The position numbers and the translations under genes were made by a program. A stretch of DNA of 63,866 bases, the filler included, from Licmophora abbreviata (taxonomy: Eukaryota), in assembly GCA_900291995.1 (NCBI GenBank). It is 12 parts of 12 records of this genome, joined end to end, with 100 filler letters (N's around TTAATTAATTAA, not from the genome) between each part and the next. Parts side by side here need not be neighbours in the genome. Positions count along the whole stretch, not along the records: positions 41,162 to 48,730 come from OLMU01000828.1; positions 48,831 to 62,637 come from OLMU01000830.1; 10 more parts are not named here. The stretch is one strand, 5' to 3'. Positions 45,074 to 57,000 of this stretch are shown here, in pieces (the first letter of the stretch is position 1; each line of letters opens with the position of its first letter). The notes under the pieces were generated by a model. It did not search any database. It was not told the DNA's origin and saw only the letters and a list, made by a program, of their open reading frames with translations.

Positions 45074-45988
45074 TTAGGTCACTGATGATTTGACTATCGT
45101 TTCACTCGTCGCTAGAGCGCTGTCCAGGAGTTCGTTGTGAATACAGCTATATTTTGAGCCGCGAGGCCATTCCCGCATGCATCTTTCAGCAACGTGAATA
45201 GATTGTCGGTTCGATCCATCCAACTGCCTCTCGACTGAGCCTTCATCGTCAGCCACAAGTAGGTCGTCTTGAAGTGTCTCTAGCACAGACTGTGCGAGTC
45301 GCTGCTTTCGATACAGTTCCGTCGCCAAACAAGAATAGATTTCTTGCGCAGTGTCGGCCCGTGAAAGCAAAGCATTCAAGGACGACCTGCTCCGGTCCAC
45401 GCTATCCATAGATTGAGAACATTCTGTCATTTCCATCGCGTGCATCATTATTTCTTCAAGTCGCCTTCCCAAAGTTTCTTGGGCTTGCGCAAGCGATGAG
45501 AGCAGCATCCGAACACCTCCCATCATCTTCTCGTGCTGCAGCAGATCGTGCGAAAGCGCCATATGCACGTCCTCTGATGTAAGCTTCGCAGAAGTAGAGC
45601 GATATCCACAGTTAGTCCAGGTCTGAGTGACTTGCTGTCGTTGATTCTTTTCTAGGTATCGACTCTCCGCCGAGATTCGATTCCGCAGGTTCGCGATCGA
45701 GCCAACAACATCATTGAGGTTGTCGTCCACCTCGAGCCAGTCGCGCTGCAACGTCCCCTGAAAGGCTCCGTAAATATTCCAGTATTTGCGTTCCAGCTTC
45801 TTGAATAGTAGCTGTTCAGAGGACGCCACATTGGGGGCAGGGGACACCGTAGTGGCCCTTCCGGCGGGGATGGATGGACTAGTGCCCCTAGTTGACTTCT
45901 TTTTCTTGCTTCCTGAATTTCCAGCACCGGAAATCATGAAGTCAGCAAAGGCCTGTCGCATCGCTTCATCATTGGAAGGGTCAGTCAT
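45074..45988 (-). CDS. Hypothetical helical protein
   Basis: 304-aa ORF with AAA-ATG start context and coiled-coil character. Confidence 0.6.
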   Translation of the reverse strand: MTDPSNDEAMRQAFADFMISGAGNSGSKKKKSTRGTSPSIPAGRATTVSPAPNVASSEQLLFKKLERKYWNIYGAFQGTLQRDWLEVDDNLNDVVGSIANLRNRISAESRYLEKNQRQQVTQTWTNCGYRSTSAKLTSEDVHMALSHDLLQHEKMMGGVRMLLSSLAQAQETLGRRLEEIMMHAMEMTECSQSMDSVDRSRSSLNALLSRADTAQEIYSCLATELYRKQRLAQSVLETLQDDLLVADDEGSVERQLDGSNRQSIHVAERCMREWPRGSKYSCIHNELLDSALATSETIVKSSVT

Positions 45989-46003
45989 TTTGCTTGTAGC
46001 TAT

Positions 46004-46279
46004 TTATTTGTCTTGGAGCTGCTTCTTTCGAAAGTCACGCTGTAGCTGTTCCTGCGATGCGAGTACAGCTTCCGGCTTTTCTTGGGAAAACAAGTCGTGG
46101 CCGCGCTTTTCGTTCTTGTTAGTGAAAAAGACTGGCACCGCGCAAGCACCAACCACAAAAGCTGTAGCCACGAAAACCTGAACGCGAGGACCCCCCGGAA
46201 TTTTCTTGACTGTGGTGAGAGCATCACGATGACAAGAGCGCGCGAAAGTGAGTTTGAATTGTGGAGGAGCATAACCCAT
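46004..46279 (-). CDS. Small single-pass membrane protein
   Basis: 91 aa with ACA-ATG start, one TM helix (VQVFVATAFVVGACAVPVFF) and a charged C-terminus 'GHDLFSQEKPE'. Confidence 0.6.
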   Translation of the reverse strand: MGYAPPQFKLTFARSCHRDALTTVKKIPGGPRVQVFVATAFVVGACAVPVFFTNKNEKRGHDLFSQEKPEAVLASQEQLQRDFRKKQLQDK

Positions 46280-46657
46280 TGTTCGGTTGCGTCCTGACGC
46301 AGCGGCGTATTTTGTTGGTTCCAGATGCCATTGTACTGAGCGTTGCGGCGTTCACCTCTTACAAAAAGGAGGCTGAACCTCTTCTCACTTACTCAAGGCT
46401 TCCAGCTTCATCTCAAAGGCGTTGCTGGGGATGATCGATTTGATACGTTGACTGTAATTTGTGTGATGCTGTTCGCCTTGTTCCGACTTTGTGTGTGTGG
46501 CTGATTAGACGAGGCGGCGGTGAAGGACAGACTTTCGCTCGCTTTTTGGATCGAATTTCTCCGAGACTTACTTTTTTGCCATCAATCCGAATCGAATAGA
46601 GAGAATCCAAGCTCACTTTTTATCTCGCCATGGCGAAATAAACCCAGCGACGCCATC

Positions 46658-47014
46658 ATGAATACACCGTCGCCTACAACAGTTACCCAAGTACGAGAGC
46701 GCCAATGGATGTATCTTGGCCCCATCATGGCAGCACCGCTCGCGCATATCGCTGTCACCTTCTATCGAGACGCGCAGACCCCTCGGCAGAAGCAATTCAT
46801 ATTGGGAGTTGGTGTTCTCGGATCAACGGTCGCTACACTTGGCATGCGCATGTACTTGATGTGGCATGCAGGCTATCCTGGCAATAACGATCTAGGTGGA
46901 CAGCCCGACATTGCCCGAACGAGGATATTTCAGGTTAATGAGGAAGAGAAACGTGCCATTCAAAACCCGAGTGCCCAAGAGGTTGTGCGACGAGCATTTC
47001 GAGGATTTGGATAG
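46658..47014 (+). CDS. Small two-TM hypothetical protein
   Basis: 118-aa ORF with two hydrophobic segments, ending 'RAFRGFG'. Confidence 0.55.
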   Translation: MNTPSPTTVTQVRERQWMYLGPIMAAPLAHIAVTFYRDAQTPRQKQFILGVGVLGSTVATLGMRMYLMWHAGYPGNNDLGGQPDIARTRIFQVNEEEKRAIQNPSAQEVVRRAFRGFG

Positions 47015-47528
47015 GGGATTAACGCACTTAATAGGAAGAGCTAGAAAACTTAGGCATGAAACCGAACTAGAGCTATGATGAAATTAGTCTCGGGGGCTTG
47101 TCGAAATGGAAACTTATTTGACCTCGCAACGGCGAGTCTGACTCTTGTCGGATCGCCAACGATCCGATTGATGCGTACTGTTGGATCGCACGGTCGTCTA
47201 CTTGTCTCCTCCTTGGATATGTTATCGAGTCATAGAGAGGCAGAGAATGAGCATCGGCCGTCACCACGGGACACAGAAGCATTCGATGAACTTGTCCAGT
47301 GAAGTGACGTTGGCCCAACAGATCGCGCCCATCGCCATGGGAAAGCGCAATTGATCAATAATGCCGTGAAGCATGTAACAGGTGGGAACAGAGACGAATC
47401 ACTGATCTTTGTCGGCAGCGGTGGATCAAGATACAGCGTTGGAGGATGACAAGCACGAACGCGTGTGTGCTGACGTAGAGGTGTGTCGTTTCATTGAACA
47501 CAAGAGACAATGTTGTTTGCGTCACCGG

Positions 47529-48730
47529 TCACGAGGTCGTCAAGGCAAAATTGAAGAATTTTGGCTCATCTTCAAGGTTCCTTGTTAGTGACACGTTAAG
47601 GTAGACCTTCTGCTCAGCGTCAAAAGAAAAGCAATGCGTACAAGCGTTAGTACCGTGTCACAACGACAACAACGATCTAGCCATCAAATCACACGGCTTA
47701 CCGCATCGCCCTTTTTTGATACGAGGCCGCTCCAGTAGAGCGGTGGCTTCGAGACATCTCCGTCTTCCATCTCGTTGGCCTTCCGTTTAGTCCCCACCGA
47801 TGCCGCGACTTCCTTCTTGAGCATACCCCCCATTGCTTGAAAGACTTCTTCGTTGCCATGAACCAAATCAAAAAGCGTCTTTGTCAAGAGTACCTGTCGT
47901 GAACACCCAAACATAGTCAGCAGCTCCATATTGCAGTCGAGAATGCGTCCGTCAAGCGACGAAACACCAAGCGCTGCCGAGCATTGATCAAAGACAAGTC
48001 GGTAGTCCAGCCCCTTCACTAGTAGCATCTCGGCATCATTGCCGACGTTCCCGTCCGAGCTGGACTCAGCCACATCCGGAGGAGTCTGCCCATTGTTGAC
48101 CATTTCGCCTGTCAGTTTGATCGTTTCAATGAGTTTTCGATGCTCGGCGTCCAGCATGATGGCTCTTGTCTGAAGTTGCTTGATGTAATCCGAAGTACAA
48201 ACAAGAATGGAGAACTTGTTCGGCTTGAATGGTATATTCGATTCCGTCAAGAGGCTTCGAAGTTCCTTGATCTGTTGAGAGATTTGGAAGGATCGTTGTT
48301 GCTCCCGAATATTGCGTTCATATTTCGTTTTTGTTCAGCCGTCATGGTAGACCAGTCCTCAGTTTGCTTCGGGTCTTTTAGAAATGCCTTGGCGGGAGCC
48401 ACCGAAGAAGCGGCGGAATTGTTGGATGCAACCGTGGTCGAGGCGGAGACAACTGATGGGACACTAAAGGCATTCGCCGATGGAAGATTCGTTGTTGTCG
48501 CGCTAGAAGTATCGACCGGTCCAGGAGCCAGGGTCGGCAGCGCAGCAGTTGCAGCAGACAAGGGCGCCAAGGGCTGCAGGAGCGGTTGGGTCGCGGAACT
48601 TGCTGGAAGAGGTACAGCCGGGGCCGCGGCCACGCCGGCTCCCCCAAAGAAGAATTGTTGGGGCTGCTGCGGCAATGCTCTCGCCGATTCCGAAGAGTGA
48701 CCAGTCAGAGATGCAGTTGTAAGGCCGGCT
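47529..48730 (-). CDS. bHLH-PAS transcription factor (diatom bHLH1 type), 5'-partial; intron 47610-47701; apparent 1-nt frameshift at about 48324
   Basis: With one A restored: 'YERNIREQQRSFQISQQIKELRSLL...FKPNKFSIL...YIKQLQ'. PAS segment 'GLDYRLVF...SLDGRILDCN'. Last exon 'PKFFNFALT'. Confidence 0.85.
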
Positions 48731-48954
48731 NNNNNNNNNNNNNNNNNNNNNNNNNNNNNNNNNNNNNNNNNNNNTTAATTAATTAANNNNNNNNNNNNNN
48801 NNNNNNNNNNNNNNNNNNNNNNNNNNNNNNGGCTTGGGAGTACTTACTATTACAGTTGAAGTCGCAGCGACTTTTGCCATTTGGTTTAGTGCAATCCCGT
48901 GCACAAAAGAAACTCCTCGACTAGTGGGTGTTCACAGCGAAATGCGAAGCGACC

Positions 48955-50515
48955 ATGACAGAAACAAACAATCGACGACCGCCAATACCGCAGGCTACCA
49001 TGCCCAAACCATCGACCAGGAATGTTCAGAATATGCTAAACTTCATGTCGGATCCGAGCAGGAGTCCGACGGGAAGCGATGTGGCGACCATGGACGACGC
49101 CCAATTTAGTGCCTCTCTTGATGCCTTGCTGGAGACATGCGGCCGCAGTTCTCCTTCTGCCTTTGGGGGATCCGCGATTCAACCTGCCACAAAGACAGCC
49201 GAAGAGAAAGTGTCTTCAGTCTCTGCAACAGGATTCCCTTCCGGGTCAATAGCGCCCTCTCTTCCGGGACAAGCCGTGACGACGACCTCTCTATCCCGAA
49301 GTCACGCTCTACAGGCAGAGTCATCGTCTACCTCGTCTTCCTTTCCATGCCCCCAGACAGTCATGTTTCCGACCCAGAAATCCATGGTGGGAGCTCCACT
49401 AGGACCTTCTCCCCTGACGAAGAGACTTTCTTTCTCTTTTGACCCAACAAGCATGCCAGCTCGTCCCATGGTCGCTTCCAGTCCTGTCCCGTCCACTGTC
49501 AGTTCCATTACCACGGAAAGCCGGGGCCCGTTTACCTCTACTACTGGAAAGCGGATGCGTGTCGACTCTGCCATGGAAGTGTCGGAAAACGAGGGAGAAC
49601 GGAATCGACGACGCATTGATCGGAACGTGCGAGAGCAGCAGCGCTCTCATCGAATCTCCGAACAGGTTGCGTCCTTGCGTGAAGTCCTTGCTCAGTCAGA
49701 CGTGAAGTTCAAACCAGACAAGTATTCGACTTTAGTAAGTGCTGTCGCCTACATCAAACAGCTTCAAGATCGCTCTACAATGCTGGATGCAGAACACAAG
49801 CAGCTACTGACGACGATTGAAAAGACGAGCGAAATCACCAATAGTGCGTACTTCCAAGCTTCGACGACGAGCGGCACGTCTGCGACGCAGGTATCGTATG
49901 ACCTGATGAGTGACGAAGCCGCCAACACAGAAGACGACTTTGCTGTCTTTGTCAAGGGTCTGGATTACAAGAGTGTCTTTGAACAGAACTCCGTGGCCAT
50001 GGCGGTGGCTAGTATTGACGGACGCTTCCTCGACTGCAATGCTGAGTTCGAACAACTTGCTGGCTTGTCACGTGAGGAGCTACTACCCGGCGAGGCAACT
50101 GCCAAGACTCTAAGACCAGATGCTGCACCATCGCCGAGTGCTCCGGCGGTTCTGCCAACCAGAAACTTGTCTCTGTTCAATCTCTTGTCAAGGCAGGATA
50201 TGGAAGAAGTATTCTCAGCCATGAGTCAAATGATACAGAAGACAAACCGGCAAGGGGATGCTTTGCCGCAGGATGCGGACCAGCAAGAAGATTACTGGAC
50301 AGGGGTTGTGAAACAAGGGAGTGAAAATAATCAACAGCAGGTGCGTGATTGTATGGCCTTTCGAATGTTAGTTTATCTGTTCCGCACACGGAATTCCTAA
50401 ACTGACACTGCGCTATCTCGAACTCTTGTCACAGCTGACCATGATTGTAACGCTAGTTCGAAGCCCACGAGGTCGACCCAAGTTCTTCAACGTCGCCTTG
50501 ACGCCGCTAACATGA
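48955..50515 (+). CDS. bHLH-PAS transcription factor (diatom bHLH1 type); intron 50341-50434
   Basis: 'DRNVREQQRSHRISEQVASLREVL...FKPDKYSTL...YIKQLQ', PAS 'GLDYKSVF...SIDGRFLDCN', last exon 'PKFFNVALT'. Confidence 0.88.
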
Positions 50516-50892
50516 ACGACTCGGTCGAGCGGTTCTTGAAGACAAGCGTCAAAGAACCATCCCTCCTCCAAGTACATGCGAACACTTCAAGTTCAATAAT
50601 TCTTTATCTATTTAGTTCCAATACACTGCTATGCAGTCGCGACGGTTCATCAAGAGTCAGCCGTTGACGCCAACTGGAATCTACAAGTGCAACTTTTTTC
50701 ATGTGGCCTGGTCGACCGACGCTGGTACGTCGGACCAATGCATGTCCTCTTGGGCATACAATAATGATGTGCGAACCTCCGTCGGACAAGATTGTCTACC
50801 TGCCCTCCTGCAACGAGAAACGTAGGACTCATCTATTCCGTACCTACTAGTTGATTTGTTGCTATGTTGTTTTGCATAATCAAACTAGTAGA

Positions 50893-52372
50893 TTACTTGC
50901 CAAATCGACGGCGTCGACTGGAATATGCTCGTATGATGGTGAGAAGATCTTCCCTTTCGACCTCTGGCCACTGCTTGGAGAGAAAGATCATTTCCGAGTA
51001 CGCCAACTGCCATAACAGAAAGTTACTCAGTCGATACTCGCCAGACGTTCGAATGACCAAGTCCGGATCTGGACAGTGGCATGTAAGCAATCGGTCGGTA
51101 ATATGTTGTTCGGTAATAGAGTCGGGTTGGATCGTTCGGGCGGCAGCCTCAGACGCCAAGTCTCGACAAGCATTGACGATCTCGCCCCGACTTCCGTAGC
51201 TCAGACATATGTTCATCAAAAGTCCACCTTCGCAGTGTTTCGTTTCGTCGACCATACGCTTCAGCGCGACTTTGACATGCGCTGGAATCTACAGTGAGGA
51301 GGAGGCGAGCAGCGAGGTGGAGCGCACGTCGCATGCACGTATTGTAAGTTCGGAATGGATGCGATGAACAAGATGCACAGTAATTCTAGTTAGGCGTACC
51401 ATATCTGTCTCGGACGACAGCACGTGCAATCGAATGTTCCGCTGTATTGCTTCTACACGAAGCTCATCACAGTAAGTGCAAAAGAGAGCCATGAGCGATG
51501 CCACCTCAGCCGGGTCCCGGTTCCAATTTTCGGTGGAAAAGGCGTACACTGTCAGTATCTGTATCCCTTCCGCAATGCACCACTTGGAAAAGTCCACGAG
51601 CGTACGAGATCCGTCCCAGTGTCCCTTGACGCAAAGAATCGAGAGCCGTGAGTCAGACCATAGTAGTGTTCCATGCTTACGAGACTGCAGATCTCACCTT
51701 CGTAGCGTCTCCGTATCTGGATTTCCCGTATCGCCGATTCCCATCCATAATGACAGCAATATGTTTGGGAACGGTAGCGATATCGACACCGCTTTCGGGC
51801 TGCGAATTCATATCACTTTTCAGTTCCTGTCTCACCCGATCTTCCTTCTGCGTCATGAGGGCTTCGTCACTACCGGTAGTAGCAAAGAAGAAAATGTATA
51901 TCTGACTCCACATTGAATGAAAAATAAAGAATAGATGCGATTCCATCCCGAAGCTAGAACCACCAGAAATGCCATCCTTGTTTTTCTGTCGCAGTGTCGT
52001 CTGGGATCTTTCCCACCGTCGTCCCATCAACACGCCGGCTGCCAATCCAATGACGAGCGGCGCCAGCATGAGGAAGACGGGAGCAGCTCCGTAGCTCCGA
52101 ATGATCTTATAGAAGAGAGATCTTATCCAGAGAAGTACCAAGCGAGCGAGAGGCGGACTTGAGCAAGAATCCGACTCGATCCAGCGCACACATTGGTTGC
52201 TGCTGGTGTTGTCGTAGCTGAATGACTCGGGCGGCGAAAGAGAAGAGAAAGGGGCGTCTTTTCTCTCGCATGAAGTAGACAGCATAATCTGAGAGACACG
52301 ATAGACTCGTGTCTGCCAGGAGGACTCCTCCAGAGTCCCTGGGACGGGAAACGCGACGTCGTCGTTCATCAT
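50893..52372 (-). CDS. cis-prenyltransferase (UPP synthase/DHDDS family), 3 exons, N-terminal TM region
   Basis: 'HIAVIMDGNRR', 'GHWDG', 'TVYAFSTENWNR', 'SYGSRGEI', 'PDLVIRTSGEYRLSNFLLWQ', C-terminal 'RRFGK'. Start uncertain. Confidence 0.92.
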
Positions 52373-52712
52373 CGTCGTCGTCACCACCAATGACTTTGGC
52401 GACCGAGCCGTCCATTTTCAATTTTGAATTTCGACGAAAACAATAACTCAGGTGTGTCGACGGACAGACTGCACTTTGAACTTGGAGCTTTTTGTTGCAA
52501 TGTCTCTCGCCCAAGAAATGTCCTGATGATTCTAAAAGAGTCATTATGACTATGGCATAAGCAAATCGAACCCTACAGAATTGTGTAAAATATGCTCAAA
52601 CTACGCTCACACTTTCTGAAAAGCCCACAGTCGCAACAACTCCGCCACTCGCTCGCGCGACTACAGCATTGCCTGTCGTCGCAGTCCCGTTCTACAAGAA
52701 GAGAAGGACAAC

Positions 52713-53662
52713 ATGATTGGCCCTGATAACAGCAACAGCTATGCAAAACGAAAGTCATTGTCAGACGATGTCATCATGATGAGTTGCGATGACGACGTCG
52801 ACGACGATGTCGATTCGGTCGTGGACGTGGACATGTGCAACAACGATCTCGACATGGCTCCATCGGCAACCAAGACTGTACGGTTCGCACCTGAGTCAGA
52901 AGTACTTTGCTACATAGAAACGTTGGAAGAGATCACGGATGAGCATCGCAGTGAGCTTTGGTGGCAAAAGGAAGAATACGAAGAATGCAAAGATGCGGCA
53001 CGGAACATGTGTCGCGATGTCCGTCGGATGGGAGATTCAGGCGCCGGTCTCAGTGATGCAATAGACAGAGCGTCCATGATGGCATCATCGGGTCTTGATC
53101 TGGATGTAATTCACAGCAATCAAGTTCTTACGCCAAACAAGGTACGTGCGAGCGTGTGAGGTGTGGAATGCCGTTCGCATGTTCGTACCTCTTGATGTGC
53201 TCAAATTCACTTTGTCTGCTCTGCTGCTCTGCTCATGTTCTACAGGGACTGATCAAGTGGTGCCGCTCACTTGAAGGGCGCAGGGGACTGGAACGTTGGT
53301 CGTGTAAGATCCATGGGCTGGTCCGAAGCAAACTTGTGGGCGAAGTGAAGCATGCCATCTTGCTGGAACAGGCGCGACAGTTCCTTTCACATGAACGAGA
53401 TTATGAAACGCTAGCGCGCATTGCCGAAGCGGCTTCAAGAAAGAACAGAGCTTTTGCCGCTCTGCTGGGTCAGGCCGATGCACTTGCCGTCGAAGAGCGC
53501 CAGACATCCCAAATACCGAGGCCGCCAACAGTGGCGCAAGGTCCGTTACAGAAGTCGCTACGATCTCGGCCTGCACCGAAAAGTGAGCATCCTGAACACG
53601 ATACGATGATGGAGGACGGGGAGGATCATTCAGTGCCACTCATCCTACTAGACTCAATATGA
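52713..53662 (+). CDS. Hypothetical protein of the diatom-expanded 'V.F...W..RGLE' type, 2 exons
   Basis: 'TVRFA', 'ELWWQKEEY', 'RRGLERW', 'ILLEQARQ', 'A..LG..DA'. GT-AG intron at about 53142-53245. Confidence 0.55.
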
Positions 53663-54000
53663 CGCAGTGCTATTAAGGCCGAACCATGCTTTGACGACTA
53701 GCTAGAACAAGTTAGAGTGTATCTTCGAAGTGTCCAACCGAACCGCTCATCGCTTCTGCTAGGTGTAGTCTGTAACAATCATCAGTCGTTCGTGCCAGGC
53801 ATCTCATTGAAGAGTCATCATTAGATTGGTCACAGCATTCATACATAGACGCTTTGATGAGTATCAGACCGGACTGCCACCCAAAAAAATTAAAAAATGA
53901 GGTCTGTCCGGTGCCTCTTCTTTCCCCTTTGCGCACCCATGCCATATTTTTTTCACGTGTTGACCATGCTCATGACGATGGTAACGCCGCTTGAGGGGAC

Positions 54001-57000
54001 ATGTGCTCACAGCAGCCCGGACAACGCTCGGTTATGTCGACAAGTAGTCAAGATTTTTCTGTACTAACAGGCAAGATCGTACACTGTTTAGAGCTGACAA
54101 GTGCATCGAGCGACTGGTCGGGATCGCGAAAGCGTCGCCGCGATGAAAACATCAGAAAAGGACCGCGTTCGTCAACGTCGGACGTCAAACCTTGCGAGGA
54201 TGGGTCGTCCTCAGCACGAGCCGCGGGGTTCTTCTTTCTACCTGCTGACAAACACCAGGCCAACGAGTATCTGCTCATTGTTCCTCAGTGTCTTCTCAAG
54301 ACCGTCTGCGATGCCACACGATACCATTCCAAAGTGCAGATTACAGATTACGACAGAAAAGAATTCAGTGATTCACCCCGGTCCGTTTCTTTGCTTTACA
54401 TTCATCCCGGTGGCTTGTCTGTCGCTACCAATACCGACGAGCAATCTGATGCGAGATCACCCACTTTTAGAGCCTCGATGTTTTCTCTTTCGTATCTGAA
54501 ACAGGCCGAGCTTTCCAAGGCGAACGATCGTTGCCGGATACGCAAGTCGCGAGGACCGACGGAGAAGGGTAAGGAATGCTATACGTTCCATGCTACTGTT
54601 GATGCAATCTCCCCTATAATTGCAGCTGTTCCATCCGACCCCTTTGCATTACTGGAACTTTATGAGCCGGGAGACACCGCGGCGCCAAACTCTTGCGTGG
54701 TGGTGCTCAAGGGTGCAAATGCGCTGATGTGCCATGCCGGGATTCAACCCGGCGATCACATTACGTTTCGAAATGTACGCCGGCAGAGATGGCACGTTCC
54801 TTCCTCGTTTTCTAAGAAGGGGTTGGCATACATGGAGCAGCGAACGCCTAACCATGTGTTTGTGGTTTCGGACTGTCGATGTATTGATTGGGAGGTCGAC
54901 GACTCTGAAAAGATGCCGCCTCTGCCGTCGACGGTGGTTCCCCTGTCGTCCATACAAGGACTCGTTCGATCCATTCATACAAAGCCTCTCGGTCCCAATG
55001 GCGCATCTGTGATTCATGCGGTAGAAGTTGTACTTTCGAAAGTGAACCAATCCGGATCGACATGCTTGTTGTACACCACGCACTTTCCCATGTCGCCAAA
55101 CCTTACCTTTGGTCTGACGAAAGGGGCTGTTGTACGTGCCGTGAATATCCATGCCTTGTCGTTCACTAGTGTTGCCCTTCATGGCGCTGCGTTTGGAGCT
55201 TGTCTCCGTTCCAGCATTACGGTCGTATCAACACACATGAACAGTGATGTGCAAATCTCTTGTCAGCTGTCAGCGCCATTTGCTTTTTCCAAGGCGAGGC
55301 AGTCTTATGAGCGATACGAGTTGCAATCCTGTTTGGCGACTTGTCGTGTAGCATCGAAAGACATGGCTCTAGGTGATATGGTGGGTGTTAAAGTTCCGTC
55401 CGACAATGAATTGGAGGAAATGATCTGGAAGCTTGTTTCGTCTCAAGAACGAATCGACGATCAGCTTCCTCGCTCGTCTACATTGACAGCCAGCAAACGA
55501 AAGTCTAAGAGAGATCCATACCTGGAATTCTTTGACCATCCATGTGCCATAGACTGGGAACGGCTCGAGGATGATGTTGGATGCGACATGTCAAAACACA
55601 GTGGCAAGACGATGAGATTCACGGTAGCGAGTTTGAGCGAATTGCGCCACGCTAGCTATTTGGCTATGCATCGCGAGCTTGTGGGCTCATCGACGGCTGA
55701 AACGGGGAGTAGGTTTTTTTCCTCTGATTATCAGGCAGGGTGGACTGCCTCGATCCAGCTTTCTCCAGGCGAGCTACTGAAAGCGGTGAGAGATGCTAGA
55801 CATGGTCCTATGGAAGGGGATTTTGATGCGGGTCTATTCCGCCTTTTCACTGTGGGCGCTGTCACGTCCGTCGACAAGAACTTCAGTCCGTCGATGCTGT
55901 CCGACGCTTCCTCTTGTTTGCCCCTCTCAATCGTCAGCAATAGTGTGGCCGATTCTTTCGATTTTATTATCAAGAGCGATGTAGTGGTGGTCGATATCGA
56001 CTCTTCCATTATTTCTTGTCTTTGCGTCGGAAAAACGAGTGGCACTCTCAATGAGGACGGCTCCGTTGCAGGGTCGCTCGAACCCCATCTCGTTCAGTTG
56101 CCTTCGTTATTGTCGCATATCGACGAACGCAGTCAAAGTGGATCTTGTTCCCTTCTTGCGTGTGGCGGCTTCCTGTTCGTACTTTCTGTCCACTTGGTCT
56201 ATGCAACTGGGCATGTAATGAAGGATGCTGGGGACTCTCCGACGAAGATTCGAGAAATTATCCACAGTGGTGTCGCCCCGCAGATGTCATCGAAGCTGCA
56301 GGATGTCTACTCTTGCCTTGGTAGAGAAACGCAGCTCGCACGAGAGGATGCGTTCGTTGGTTTACTGACACGGCAGCGCTACCGATTCAAGAAGCTACGC
56401 AATGGCTCATTCCTTGGATGCACCCTCACTCTTAGCCACTTTCCGATACCACCAGGAGCGTGCAGTCTCCAAAACATCAGGTGCAGTATTGACACAGCAG
56501 AGCTGTCGTCGCTGCAGTCGATCGAGTTGAAGCTTGAGGTAGATGTGGAGAAGAAGAGGTTGGAGGTCATGCGCAAGAGTCTCCTGGAAGTGTTGGGTGG
56601 GAGCACGGGATACACAGCGTTGGACGAGCAAGTGAATCTGGCCACAGCGTGGTGGGAGATTGCGGATTCTTCGGTAACATCACTTATAGTTTCAACAGGC
56701 TACGACGATGTCAGACACAATGCCGAAGGTGCCGAGTCCTACTACTACGTACCTGTCCTATCGGTTCCGGCTTCGGCGATAGAGCACGGAAACTTCGGCT
56801 ATATACGCTTCCGATGCGGTGTTGACAAGCTTTCTTCGAGACTGGTGCAAGTAACGGAAACACGAAACCCCATGGGCAGTTCCAAGGTGGCCTCGTCGCC
56901 TGCGGATGGTGCATCGGCAACTCGCTTTGTTTCGGTCGGAGGTCGAAAGGTCCTTCCTGGTGCGCTCGATCACAACACGTCCAGAAAGATATTTTCATCC

